Source: Deltaproteobacteria bacterium TL4 (GTDB taxonomy: Bacteria > SAR324 > NAC60-12). From it: a stretch of DNA of 64,000 nt. The position numbers and the translations under genes are program-made. Under the pieces are notes generated by a model. The model was not told the DNA's origin. It saw only the letters and a list, made by a program, of their open reading frames with translations, and made no database searches. This document shows, one piece after another, positions 49,505-60,013 of this stretch. The DNA lies in contig JBBCAX010000250.1 in assembly GCA_051382335.1 (NCBI GenBank), forward strand, positions 1-64,000. The letters are read 5' to 3'. How positions within the stretch are numbered: the first letter of the stretch is position 1; every line of letters begins with the position of its first letter.

Positions 49505-50350
49505 ATGATAAATAAATTAAAGTTCTTGTCCCTCTACTATGCTTATCCTTTAATTAAACCGTTTAAGCGACCGGTCCCCCCTAAGCTGGCCTCAACCATC
49601 ATGCTTGTCCGAGAGCGAAAGGAAGGTTTGGAAGTCTTCATGGTGGAAAGGCATCACCAGATAGATTTTGCTTCAGGGGCGTTGGTTTTTCCTGGAGGAA
49701 AGGTTGACCCGCCAGATTGTCTACCGGAACTGCGTTCCTTTTGTGATGGTGTCGACGGAATCGACAACGACGCACTAGGGCTTAGAATAGCGGCAATCCG
49801 TGAGGTCTTTGAAGAATGTGGCATTCTATTGGCACGAATAGCTGGGGAAAAAAATCTTTTAAATGCAGAGCAATTGAAACCTTTGGAAAGTTATCGAGAG
49901 GCACTCCATAAGCAAAAAGTGGATATGAAAGCTTTTGTGCTCAAAGAAAATCTCAGACTGGCTTGTGATCAACTCCACTCTTTTGCGCATTGGATTACCC
50001 CCGAAATGATTCCCAAGCGCTTTGATACCTATTTTTATTTAGTTCAAACGCCTGAAGGGCAAATCGGTCTGCACGATGGACAGGAATCCGTCGACTCTCT
50101 TTGGATTACTCCCCAAACCGCATTAAAAGCCGCAAAAGACGGAAAACGCATCATTATTTTCCCCACACGGTTGAACTTGGAAAAATTGGGGGCATATCAA
50201 ACGATAAAGGAGGTCCTCCAATTTTTAAACACTTCTCCTGTCCACACAGTAATGCCCAAACTCCTGAGAAAGGGCCTCCGGGTCTTTTTGACTATTCCTG
50301 AAAAGGCTGGCTATGGGAAAATAGAGGAACCTTTGGAGAACGTAATGTGA
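49505..50350 (+). CDS. NUDIX hydrolase (NUDT19-like)
   Basis: VFPGGKVD, AAIREVFEECG, HWITP..RFDT and FPT motifs. Confidence 0.9.
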   Translation: MINKLKFLSLYYAYPLIKPFKRPVPPKLASTIMLVRERKEGLEVFMVERHHQIDFASGALVFPGGKVDPPDCLPELRSFCDGVDGIDNDALGLRIAAIREVFEECGILLARIAGEKNLLNAEQLKPLESYREALHKQKVDMKAFVLKENLRLACDQLHSFAHWITPEMIPKRFDTYFYLVQTPEGQIGLHDGQESVDSLWITPQTALKAAKDGKRIIIFPTRLNLEKLGAYQTIKEVLQFLNTSPVHTVMPKLLRKGLRVFLTIPEKAGYGKIEEPLENVM

Positions 50351-50487
50351 GGGACGCCTTTTATGCCCTCTCCACTGGTTTGGTGAGGTAATCCGGAACT
50401 TGAGGTTGACGCAACGAATTGAAAAAGAAATCGGTAAAGGGAAAGCTTGAGGCTTCAAGTGATTTTTCCAATGGCAAAGAAGTTACG

Positions 50488-51963
50488 ATGATATTTAAAG
50501 AATCTGAAAAACACGAAACATGGGTACAAGCACTGTGGGCTTCGCAGCCCTTTTCCCCCAAGGTCTTACAAACACTTGAAGGCGAATCCCTTAGTATCGA
50601 TTTTCAAGGGTGGCTCAACAAAGACAGTGGACCTGACTTTTCTGAGGCAAGAATCCAAATAGGGCCCAACGATTATTTCGGAAGTGTCGAGATTCACTTA
50701 CAGTCCTCCTCCTGGTACACCCATCATCATCATTTGAATCCCGATTATAATAACGTAATTCTGCACGTCGTCCTTTATAAGGACAACCAACAACCCATTT
50801 TAAGAGAAAATGGAACCCCTGTTCCTGAAATAGAAATCGCTGCTTTTTTGAACGCTGACCGCATTTCAAACAAGGAACCCCCGGAATATCTGCTTGCTCA
50901 GTATGAGGAATTTCCTGGAAAATGCGGAGTTCACGTCCTTCAAGAAGGGAGGGCTTCCCTGCGAAAACTGATTGCCCATGCGGCAGAACAACGGATACAA
51001 CAAAAGACGCAAAAAATTCTGGATCGCTGGGAAGAACAACCGCCTGAGGAATTGTTATTTCAAATGATTTTCCGCTCCTTGGGCTATAGCGCTTATGCCC
51101 ATTCTTTTGAAGAACTTGCCAGGCTCTATCCGTTTGATTCACTTTTAAATATGCTGAAACAGCCTCAACGCTATACACGCGTTTCCATTTTATCTCGTTG
51201 GTTTGGTGCTTGTGGTTTACTTGACAATCCCCCCGCGCTGATTGAAGAACCCACCTTAAGAAAAGAAATGCATCAGTGGCAGGCGGAGTGGCATCAAGCC
51301 TCGTCTGCCCCCAAAGTTTCAGCCAAGCTCAGTCAAGGATATCGCCCTCAGAATTCTCCCGAACGGCGGATGATTGGCCTTTATCACCATTTACGTTTGG
51401 TCGCCGTTGAGGGGTTGCTCAAAAGTTGGTTGAAAATGCTTCAGCAATTGGACGTTTATCGGGATCAAGAGGGGTTAAAAAAACAAGTTCTGAAACAGAC
51501 GCAACTTTTATTTGAAACTCCGGATTGGGAAATCTGGCAAACCCATTTTTCTTCCTCCTCATCCTCCCAGCCCCGCCCCATTCAACTCATTGGCACGGAC
51601 CGACAAACTATTTTATGGGCAAACGCCATCCTCCCTTTCTTTTTGGCTTTTGCGCGGCAGGAAAAAGATCGAAATTTGGAAAAACTCCTCTATCAAATTT
51701 TCCTGGTTCTTCCTCCTGAGTCTTCAAACAAACATACCCGTTTCATGGAAAAACGATTACAACTCCCGAAGAAAGGCTCGAACCATTACAAAACCTTAGG
51801 CTCTCAGCAAGGACTGATCCAAATAAGTCAGGATTTTTGCCACAATTTCTACCAAGGCTGCAAAAACTGCGAGTTTGTGGAGTTATTAAAATCCGAAAGT
51901 GAAGCCGGAGTTCCTGAAATAGATCCAGAGGTGAAGCCGGAGTTAAATACTCATAAAAAATAG
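50488..51963 (+). CDS. DUF2851 family protein
   Basis: G.LN..SGPDF..A, G.VEIH..W..H.H, Y.NVILHVV, RPQNSPERR, QGLIQ and C-terminal C..C..C; start taken at ATG 50488. Confidence 0.8.
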   Translation: MIFKESEKHETWVQALWASQPFSPKVLQTLEGESLSIDFQGWLNKDSGPDFSEARIQIGPNDYFGSVEIHLQSSSWYTHHHHLNPDYNNVILHVVLYKDNQQPILRENGTPVPEIEIAAFLNADRISNKEPPEYLLAQYEEFPGKCGVHVLQEGRASLRKLIAHAAEQRIQQKTQKILDRWEEQPPEELLFQMIFRSLGYSAYAHSFEELARLYPFDSLLNMLKQPQRYTRVSILSRWFGACGLLDNPPALIEEPTLRKEMHQWQAEWHQASSAPKVSAKLSQGYRPQNSPERRMIGLYHHLRLVAVEGLLKSWLKMLQQLDVYRDQEGLKKQVLKQTQLLFETPDWEIWQTHFSSSSSSQPRPIQLIGTDRQTILWANAILPFFLAFARQEKDRNLEKLLYQIFLVLPPESSNKHTRFMEKRLQLPKKGSNHYKTLGSQQGLIQISQDFCHNFYQGCKNCEFVELLKSESEAGVPEIDPEVKPELNTHKK

Positions 51964-52055
51964 CAGCAGAGCGCATTGACCGGGCAAGATCGAAACGCTA
52001 TCATGGAAAAATTAAATTAGCGCACTTCATGCGGACTTTTCTGACTCGACCTCAA

Positions 52056-53990
52056 TCAGGTACGTTTGAAACGGGAATTCAATTCGTCAAGGGACAAATG
52101 AACAAGGACGGGACGTTGATGCGGACAAAAGAGATGAAGGTCGACTTGTTCCAGTTGGGCCACTAAGGTTTGGAGATCCTGGGACGAGAGTTTCTCCCCA
52201 TCAGCTAAGGCGGAATTGCAGCTTACAATTCTCAGCGCGTCGCTGAATATCTCTTCTTGCCGACTTCGTTTGCCAAATAAGGCCAGTTCATCAAGTATTG
52301 CTAACAGCGTTTGCGTCTGTTTTGATTGAGGCAATATGACAGGAATGGAGTGTACGGCATAAGTCTTTCCTCCGAAAGGCTCAATGCTGAATCCTAATTT
52401 TTTAAATGGGACCAGGTACTGTTCCAATAAAATCGCGTTTTGAGGGATCAATTCCAAAAGTTCAGGGACTTGAAAAGAGCGTGTTTTGATTTTATCTTCA
52501 TAAAACTGATTCCGATAATACTCAAAAAGGATCCTTTCGTGTGCCGCGTGTTGATCGATTAAAACGAGTCCCTCCTGATTTTCCGCAAGAATATAACGTT
52601 GATGCAACTGACCTAAAGGGGTGTATTCCTGTGGCTTTTTTATCTCCAGAACCGATAAATTGAAAAGACGCTCTGTGGTTTGCATGGGAACGGAGGAGTC
52701 CGTTGATGTTTTCTTGGGCGAGAGGTCAGAAACGGCTTTTTCTGGTTCTGAAGGGGGTAACGCCGTTTTAGTTCCTGGGACAGGTTTTTGTTTTAGCGGC
52801 TCTGAAAAAAAAGGTTTTTCCTGCACCACAGCGGATTTTGAAACGGCCGGTTGAATTTTTCGAGGTTCTGTTGAGGGCCTTGTCTGCGGTTGGAGGGAAA
52901 AGGGTTCATCCAGGGGAATTTCCATTTGTTGTTGATTTGCCGGTGGAAGAACCTCGCCAAGTCGATTTCCAAAAAAACGCCGATGGGTACTGTCTTTGAT
53001 CGTTTTGGCAAGTGTTTCTTTGAGTAGTGTCTGAATCAATTGGCTGTTTCGGAAACGAATTTCAGTTTTTGCCGGATGCACATTAACATCTATTTCTGTA
53101 GGAGCCAAATAGAGTTTTAAAAAGAAGACCGGATGCCTGTTTTTCAGGAGCAGCGTTTGATAGGCCTCATAGATTCCCCGGTTTACCGCGGTACACCGGA
53201 CACTTCGATCATTAACGAACAGGTATTGCCAGGTTCTACTGGTTCTTGTGCGAGGAGGAGAGGAAATAAAGCCATGGTATTTCAAGTAGGCTTCCTGATG
53301 CTCCGTAAAAATAAGGTCATCCAGAAAGGCTTCACCAAATAACTGATATATTCGTTCTTCAAGGCTTTGACCTCTTCCCAGGTTGAGAATCATTTGTTTG
53401 TTATGCGTCAAACGGAATTGAATATGAGGCCGTGCCAGCGCTTGTAAGATGAAGGTTTGTTGAATGTGTTGAAACTCGGTGTTGACACTTTTCAGAAATT
53501 TCAACCGGGCCGGAGTATTAAAAAACAATTGATTTACGGAGATCTTGGTTCCTTTCGTAAAGCCTGTTTTGTTGATTTGTTCCACATGGCCGCCTTTGAC
53601 AAACAAACGGATTGCGCCTGAATTCTCGTCATTACAAGTGATGAGTTCAAACTGAGAAACCGAGGCAATTGCGGCCAAGGCTTCACCTCGAAATCCCATC
53701 GTTTGAATGCAGTCCAATTCAGCTTCCGTTTTGATTTTACTTGTCGCGTGACGTTCTATGGATAAGCGCGCGTCTTCTTCATTCATCCCGATGCCATTAT
53801 CCAGCACAGCGATTAAATCTCTGCCTCCATTTTTGACCGTAACATAAATCTGATCGGCACCGGCATCAATTGAGTTTTCTAACAACTCCTTCACTACGGA
53901 GGCTGGACGCTCAACCACTTCTCCTGCGGCGATCTTGTTGATGATCAGTTCAGGCAGAATCTGAATTTTTGTTGCTGTTGGTAGTGACAT
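52056..53990 (-). CDS. mutL: DNA mismatch repair endonuclease MutL
   Basis: IAAGEVVERPASVVKELLENSIDA, GFRGEAL, DVNVHPAKTE and DQHAAHER motifs. Confidence 0.97.
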   Translation of the reverse strand: MSLPTATKIQILPELIINKIAAGEVVERPASVVKELLENSIDAGADQIYVTVKNGGRDLIAVLDNGIGMNEEDARLSIERHATSKIKTEAELDCIQTMGFRGEALAAIASVSQFELITCNDENSGAIRLFVKGGHVEQINKTGFTKGTKISVNQLFFNTPARLKFLKSVNTEFQHIQQTFILQALARPHIQFRLTHNKQMILNLGRGQSLEERIYQLFGEAFLDDLIFTEHQEAYLKYHGFISSPPRTRTSRTWQYLFVNDRSVRCTAVNRGIYEAYQTLLLKNRHPVFFLKLYLAPTEIDVNVHPAKTEIRFRNSQLIQTLLKETLAKTIKDSTHRRFFGNRLGEVLPPANQQQMEIPLDEPFSLQPQTRPSTEPRKIQPAVSKSAVVQEKPFFSEPLKQKPVPGTKTALPPSEPEKAVSDLSPKKTSTDSSVPMQTTERLFNLSVLEIKKPQEYTPLGQLHQRYILAENQEGLVLIDQHAAHERILFEYYRNQFYEDKIKTRSFQVPELLELIPQNAILLEQYLVPFKKLGFSIEPFGGKTYAVHSIPVILPQSKQTQTLLAILDELALFGKRSRQEEIFSDALRIVSCNSALADGEKLSSQDLQTLVAQLEQVDLHLFCPHQRPVLVHLSLDELNSRFKRT

Positions 53991-54002
53991 GCTTCGAGTC
54001 GC

Positions 54003-54194
54003 TTAACTTTCATTAGGGTAAGAAGACTCATCAAGTTCTTCCTGGAAACGAACGGGATATCCTCCCGAAATCCATTGGCCCAAGTCCACCATTTTACAAT
54101 GTTCCGAACAAAAAGGACGAGTGGGATTGTTCTCCCAGGTTGTTGGCTTTTTACAATAAGGACAGCGCATTTCTTTGTTTTTCGTCTTCATCAT
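54003..54194 (-). CDS. yacG: DNA gyrase inhibitor YacG
   Basis: CPYC..RPFCSEHCKMVDLG.W zinc finger. Confidence 0.9.
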   Translation of the reverse strand: MMKTKNKEMRCPYCKKPTTWENNPTRPFCSEHCKMVDLGQWISGGYPVRFQEELDESSYPNES

Positions 54195-54429
54195 GGATAC
54201 TCGTGCCTCAAGTTAGAAATCAGCGTCTTGTTTTCTGGAGTTCCAAACTATATCGTTTCCCAAGGCGATAATCAAACTGAAAGCTGCTCAAAGAATACAG
54301 ATTGAAAACACTCGCATGAAGAAAAGCTTTTAGCAGATCCTTGACATGTTTTTAAGGGATCTATATCCTTCGAGGGAAACTCCAGCTTCGATAGACGCAG
54401 AATTGTTCAGAAACCTTACCCAGGAACCC

Positions 54430-54888
54430 ATGCAAATATATGTGGATGCAGATGCTTGTCCGAAATTAATCAAACAAAGCCTCTTTCGCGTTGCAAACCG
54501 TGTTAAGGTTCCCATCACCTTTGTCGCAAATCGTTACACGAACACGCCTTCCTCGCCCTATCTTAAAGTCATTCAGGTTCCTCAAGGCTTGGATGTCGCT
54601 GATAGCAAAATTGTAGAATTGGTACAAGCCGGTGATTTGGTCATTACCGCGGATATTCCACTGGCCAGTCACGTTATTGAAAAAGAAGGATTTGCCTTGA
54701 ACCCGCGAGGCGAATTGTATACGGAAGAAAACATTCGTCAGATTTTATCAGTACGGAATTTCATGTCAGAATTGAGGGAGAACGGCGTAGAGACAGGAGG
54801 GCCTTCGGCTTTTCATCAACGCGATTGTCATGCCTTCGCAAATCAACTGGACCGTTTTTTAGCACAAAATTTCAAAACGGTGATATAA
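54430..54888 (+). CDS. YaiI/YqxD (DUF188) family protein
   Basis: [24 protein letters not shown] and GGP motifs; start at ATG 54430. Confidence 0.92.
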   Translation: MQIYVDADACPKLIKQSLFRVANRVKVPITFVANRYTNTPSSPYLKVIQVPQGLDVADSKIVELVQAGDLVITADIPLASHVIEKEGFALNPRGELYTEENIRQILSVRNFMSELRENGVETGGPSAFHQRDCHAFANQLDRFLAQNFKTVI

Positions 54889-55179
54889 ACCTAACCAATG
54901 AAGTTTTGCTGTCGTTCCTCAAAAGAGTTTGATTTTATGAGATAACAGGACCGCGTATTCGTAACAGGAGTTACCCTTTGATATTTCAATGACTAAAAAA
55001 AGTAATACTTGCGTTTTTTTTAATAGTCTGATCCTTACTAAACAGTTTGTTCTGAACCAGCAGGAGCGTGACTTAGTGACTGAGAAGATTACGCTGAAAG
55101 ATTGACGGTGTCACGTTGACACACATTTGACACTGACTCCCGAGTGCTCCTTGTAAATCAACAACTAAGAGGTTTCTAA

Positions 55180-56337
55180 ATGATCAAACAGCACCGATTT
55201 AAAAACATCCCCCTCTTCACCTATGTAGGAACGCTTACGGTTTTTTCATTTTGTGTCCTCTATGTGGGAACTCACACCTATTTGATCAAGCTCTTGGGGA
55301 TCACCTCTTTTCATCCCCTCTTTCTTTACTTGGGGGTTTTATTATTGGCCTTTAGCTATCCGTCATCCCAAGTCGTGAATCATCGTGAAATAGGGTCACC
55401 GTTTATGCAATTAGCCTTAACACGGATTGGGCATCTATGGTTGGGAGTGCTTTGGGTTTTATTGATGTGTATTGTGTCCGTCCACTTATTAAACTCCTCG
55501 CTAAAATTTATGGGCTTTGGAGCTATTCCGACTTATACCTTATACAAAAGCATCTTGGTCCTGACGGTCATGATGACTGGTTTGGGAATGTATATGGCTT
55601 ATAAACCTCCCAAAATTGTTAGATACTATGTTGACCGTAGAGAACGATATGACCAAAACCGCTCTCTCCGTGTGGTTCAATTGTCGGATCTCCATTTAGG
55701 GTATGATTTGGGTCGTCGGTTTTTGAGAAAAATCGTCAAACAGGTGAACCAACTGGAACCTGATTTAATTGTGCTGACGGGGGACATTATGGAATCGCCT
55801 CCGAGTTACTTCAGTAAATTTAGCAAAGACTTAAAACAATTTCAGTCTCGCTTGGGAACCTTTGCCATCACAGGAAACCATGATTTTTATAATGGAATTG
55901 ATGCCTTCCTGGAAATCATGAAAACCAGCAATATTCACGTCCTGGAAAATGAAAGTGTTGATTTAGAGGGAATTCAGCTCATGGGAATTCATGATCCTAC
56001 CGCGAACAAAGCGAAATACACTGGATTTGAGTCCAATTTGGGAAAAGCGATGCAAGGATTTTCTTCAGAACGTCCTTCTATTTTATTAGCCCATCAACCC
56101 CAAGATTATGAACCTGCGGTGGAGCAGGAAGTGGATATGATCTTGTGCGGTCATACGCATAAAGGACAAATTTTCCCTTTTCATGTCGTTGCGAAAAAGC
56201 TGTATGAATACATTTCAGGAAATCACATGTTAGGAAACAACACCAACTTGATTATTTCTCAGGGCACAGGATTTTGGGGACCGCCTTTACGACTTGGATC
56301 GGACAGTCAAGTGGTTATGATTGATTTTCAGTATTAA
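55180..56337 (+). CDS. Membrane-anchored calcineurin-like metallophosphoesterase
   Basis: About four TM helices, then SDLH, TGD, GNHD, AHQP, GHTH.GQ and G.WGPP.R. Confidence 0.92.
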   Translation: MIKQHRFKNIPLFTYVGTLTVFSFCVLYVGTHTYLIKLLGITSFHPLFLYLGVLLLAFSYPSSQVVNHREIGSPFMQLALTRIGHLWLGVLWVLLMCIVSVHLLNSSLKFMGFGAIPTYTLYKSILVLTVMMTGLGMYMAYKPPKIVRYYVDRRERYDQNRSLRVVQLSDLHLGYDLGRRFLRKIVKQVNQLEPDLIVLTGDIMESPPSYFSKFSKDLKQFQSRLGTFAITGNHDFYNGIDAFLEIMKTSNIHVLENESVDLEGIQLMGIHDPTANKAKYTGFESNLGKAMQGFSSERPSILLAHQPQDYEPAVEQEVDMILCGHTHKGQIFPFHVVAKKLYEYISGNHMLGNNTNLIISQGTGFWGPPLRLGSDSQVVMIDFQY

Positions 56338-56542
56338 CCCATGAATAAGCGCTGGAGTCTGAGGGCCTGATCTTGTTTCGTGAAGCTTCAAGAGACGTTG
56401 TTCGCATTGTTCCACCACTTTGTCCGGTGGAATGTCTCATTACAAATGTGACAATTTATTAATATTTTGTTATACAGTCATTATTCTGTTTGTTCATTCG
56501 ATCAAGCATCATCAATCCGTAATAACTCTCCAAGAGGCTCAA

Positions 56543-56887
56543 ATGCATTTTTCTATTAAAAAAGAAGGTCAGGTTCATATATTGACATTTAAGGGAGAAT
56601 TTACAGCTTCGGTTGTTGGCGTAATGAAAGACGAAATAGATCTTATTTTAAATGACAGACCCTGTCCTTTAATTCTCAATTTTAAAAAAATAACGTTTAT
56701 GGACTCTGCGGGGATAGGTCTCTTGGCCTATATCATCCAGCGTAATGTCAAATATAACGACCCCTTGGGGATCTGCGAGCTTGATGCAAGGAAAACGGAT
56801 CTTCTGGACAAAACAGGATTGAATAAATGTATGCAGGTCTACGCCACTGAAGAAGAAGCGCTAGCCAAGATCTCCTCCTCCATTTAA
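56543..56887 (+). CDS. STAS-domain anti-sigma factor antagonist
   Basis: FMDSAGIGLL phosphorylation motif; start at ATG 56543 (GAGG RBS). Confidence 0.88.
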   Translation: MHFSIKKEGQVHILTFKGEFTASVVGVMKDEIDLILNDRPCPLILNFKKITFMDSAGIGLLAYIIQRNVKYNDPLGICELDARKTDLLDKTGLNKCMQVYATEEEALAKISSSI

Positions 56888-56955
56888 CTTCCTTTTTAAA
56901 TTAGGTCAAAACCCTTCATCGGCAGGCCGTATTTTTACGATATTTCTCATTGAGA

Positions 56956-57045
56956 ATGGTAGAGCATTATTCCTGGCTCAAGGATCACCTTATGGGGATT
57001 GATGTTGAATTAGGCCGATTTTTAAAAGAACAAGGAGTTCGCTAG
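56956..57045 (+). pseudogene. Possible C-terminal hemerythrin fragment (29 aa)
   Basis: MVEHYSWLKDHLMGIDVELGRFLKEQGVR resembles the WLxxHIxxxD..F helix of bacterial hemerythrins. Confidence 0.4.
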
Positions 57046-57147
57046 GGGGCCGATCCTGAGGGCTTCACTTTGGAGGCACCTTTCAAATTCCGATGGACCT
57101 TTAACTCCTGAAAACACAAAGAAGATCATTCTGGAGTGTTAATATGA

Positions 57148-57175
57148 TTGACTGTTATCGGCAATCATGTAATAT
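57148..57175 (+). promoter_or_regulatory. Putative sigma70 promoter for deaD
   Basis: TTGACT-16 bp-TAATAT, about 200 bp upstream of the start codon. Confidence 0.4.
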
Positions 57176-57379
57176 GCGGCTCTTTTACTATCCATCTAGC
57201 CCAACTAGCCTCCATTATATTTGGTGACGTCGGGTTATGCCCTCGATGAATCCAAAATGTTCTATCCCATTGTTTGCAATGCGGGTTCCGCATTTTTTAA
57301 CTCATCTCTATGCAACATTACAGGGAACATCACAATGCTTGACGTTTCTGATGTTTTTCTCATTGATCGGTCTTAATTT

Positions 57380-59056
57380 ATGTCGAATACCATGTCTTTT
57401 GCTCAATTAGCTCTCCCTACTCCCTTTTTAGATGTTTTGGTTGAATTAGGATATGTAAATCCTTCCCCCATTCAGGAAAAAGCCATTCCGTTTCTTATGG
57501 AAGGCCAAGATTTGCTTGGTCAGGCACAAACCGGTACAGGAAAGACCGCAGCCTTTGCGCTTCCGTTACTTAGCAAAATTGAACTCCAAAAAAGATCACC
57601 TCAGGTTTTAGTGTTGACCCCAACACGGGAATTGGCAATTCAGGTTTCAGAATCGTTCCAATCCTACGCAAAATATTTAAAAGGGTTTCGTGTCCTGCCC
57701 ATTTATGGGGGTCAAAGTTATACCATTCAATTAAAGGGCTTAAAGAGTGGTGTGCATGTAGTGGTGGGAACCCCGGGTCGCCTTCTGGATCACTTGGAAA
57801 GAGGCAGCTTGAAATTCAACGATATCCGCACCGTTGTCCTCGACGAAGCTGACGAAATGCTCCGGATGGGATTTATTGAAGATGTGGAAAAAATTGTGGC
57901 TCAAGCCCCCAAAAACTGTCAAATGGCTATGTTTTCCGCAACCATGCCGGATCAAATCAGACGAATCACAAAACTTTATCTGAAAAATCCCAAAGAAATC
58001 AAAATTGAGTCAAAAACAACAACCGTCGCCAATGTAAGGCAACGCTATGTGCTTCTCAGTAACGAACAAAAACTGGATACCTTGGCTCGTTTTCTGGAAG
58101 CTGAAGCACATGATGGAGTTTTGGTCTTTGTACGAACCAAGGCCTCCACAGTGGTGGTTGCCGAACAATTGGAGGCGAGAGGTTTTGCGGTTTCTCCTTT
58201 AAACGGAGACTTGAACCAAGCGCTGCGGGAAAGAACGATTAACCGGCTCAAAGAAAAAAAGGTGAATATTGTGGTGGCCACGGATGTCGCCGCACGAGGA
58301 CTTGATGTTGAAAAATTGGGTCTGGTTGTCAATTACGACATTCCCCAAGATGCTGAATCTTACATTCATCGAATTGGACGTACAGGACGCGCCGGATGTG
58401 ACGGAAATACCATCCTTTTTGTGACCCACAAAGAAAAAAGATTACTTCGAATGATTGAAATTGGAACCAATCAAAAAATTGAACAAGCACAACTGCCAAC
58501 AAGTCAGGACCTTGAGAAAAAACGGGCAAGTCTGTTCAAAGATCAAATCTTACAAACGTTTGCCAAACAACCGTTGCATTATTACAGTGGAGTTCTTGAG
58601 CAAGTCAAACAAGAATTGAATCTTTCCCTTGAAGAATTGGCTCCTGTACTCCTTTATCTCGCGCAGAAAGATCAACCGCTGCAAGTTAAGAAGAGTTCCT
58701 TCGAGCAAAAGCCCTTGAACTTTGAACCTGTAAAAACTGAAAGAACCAAGGAAAAATACAACAGTCGTCCTGCGCAAACAGAAAAGTTCTCCAAAGCTAA
58801 AAAACCGCGCCTTGCTGAGGTTGATTTTGATAACTATCGTTTGGAAGTCGGGAAACAACATCAAATCAGAGTCTCGGATATTGTTGGCGCGATTGCTAAC
58901 GAAGTGGGTATTGACAGTAAATTTATTGGAAACATCAAACTTTATGATCAACACAGCACTGTAGAACTCCCTAAAGGGATGCCGAAAGAAATATATCAGC
59001 ATCTAAAAAAAGTCTACATTCGCCAGAATAAAATGAGCATGAGTCTTCTGAGTTAA
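57380..59056 (+). CDS. deaD: DEAD-box RNA helicase DeaD/CsdA
   Basis: AQTGTGKT, PTRELA, DEADEML, SAT, HRIGRTGRAG and C-terminal DbpA RNA-binding domain (IVGAIANE). Confidence 0.95.
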   Translation: MSNTMSFAQLALPTPFLDVLVELGYVNPSPIQEKAIPFLMEGQDLLGQAQTGTGKTAAFALPLLSKIELQKRSPQVLVLTPTRELAIQVSESFQSYAKYLKGFRVLPIYGGQSYTIQLKGLKSGVHVVVGTPGRLLDHLERGSLKFNDIRTVVLDEADEMLRMGFIEDVEKIVAQAPKNCQMAMFSATMPDQIRRITKLYLKNPKEIKIESKTTTVANVRQRYVLLSNEQKLDTLARFLEAEAHDGVLVFVRTKASTVVVAEQLEARGFAVSPLNGDLNQALRERTINRLKEKKVNIVVATDVAARGLDVEKLGLVVNYDIPQDAESYIHRIGRTGRAGCDGNTILFVTHKEKRLLRMIEIGTNQKIEQAQLPTSQDLEKKRASLFKDQILQTFAKQPLHYYSGVLEQVKQELNLSLEELAPVLLYLAQKDQPLQVKKSSFEQKPLNFEPVKTERTKEKYNSRPAQTEKFSKAKKPRLAEVDFDNYRLEVGKQHQIRVSDIVGAIANEVGIDSKFIGNIKLYDQHSTVELPKGMPKEIYQHLKKVYIRQNKMSMSLLS

Positions 59057-59190
59057 TCTCCCGAATATTCCTATCTGAAGGAATATTTGCCTTGTTTGGT
59101 TTTGGGTGTTTAGGTACGGTGTCCACTTTTTTACATAAGTCTATGGTGGAAACTTTGGAGAAAAAAACCTTTGCGACAGAACCCGAGTAA

Positions 59191-60012
59191 ATGAATATGA
59201 TCGAAGCGCTTCAATATGAATTCATACAAAACGCCCTTTACGCGGGAGTGCTGACTGCAATTCTGTGTGGCGTTGTCGGGACGCTGGTCGTGGTCAAACG
59301 GATTGTGTTTATTGCGGGGGGGGTCGCTCATGCGTCCTATGGGGGAATTGGGACCGCTCTTTTTTTCGGTTGGCCGGTCTTGCCGTCAACCTTGGGGTTT
59401 GCTATATTCATTACGGCGCTCATGGCCTGGATTACTCAAACGCAAAAACATAGAACCGATGCCGTTATTGGTGTATTATGGGCTGGAGGCATGGCCTTGG
59501 GAATTATTTTGACCGATCTGACTCCAGGCTATCAGGGCGAACTGATTGGGTATTTGTTCGGCAGTTTATTAGCGGTCTCCTCGCTGGAAATCTACTTAAT
59601 GCTGGGATTGGTATTAGGGGTTGCCATGATTGTGATTTATTTTTACAGAGATTTCCTTTCAATGGCTTACGATGAGGAATTTGCCAGAGTTCGGGGGGTC
59701 GCCGTTGATTTTCTCTATATTTTGATTCTGATTGTGATTGCCGTCTCCGTCGTGTTAGCCATTCGGGTGGTGGGGTTGATTTTAGTCATCGCTTTATTCA
59801 CCATTCCGCCTTTGATTGTTGAACGTTACGCGGCTTCGTTAAAAACGATGATCGCCTGGTCGGTAGTCATGAATATTGGATTTACCCTTCTCGGCTTAGC
59901 CTTATCTTATCAATATAACCTCTCTTCCGGGGCCTCGATCATTATGATTGCGGTGGGGTTCTATGGACTTTCTCTGGTGTTTTCATACCGTCAAACAGGA
60001 GAAAAATTCTAA
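59191..60012 (+). CDS. Metal (Zn/Mn) ABC transporter permease, ZnuB-like
   Basis: AHASYGG, YLFGS, YDEEFA..RGV and VVGLILV; multi-TM. Confidence 0.9.
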   Translation: MNMIEALQYEFIQNALYAGVLTAILCGVVGTLVVVKRIVFIAGGVAHASYGGIGTALFFGWPVLPSTLGFAIFITALMAWITQTQKHRTDAVIGVLWAGGMALGIILTDLTPGYQGELIGYLFGSLLAVSSLEIYLMLGLVLGVAMIVIYFYRDFLSMAYDEEFARVRGVAVDFLYILILIVIAVSVVLAIRVVGLILVIALFTIPPLIVERYAASLKTMIAWSVVMNIGFTLLGLALSYQYNLSSGASIIMIAVGFYGLSLVFSYRQTGEKF

Positions 60013-60013
60013 T

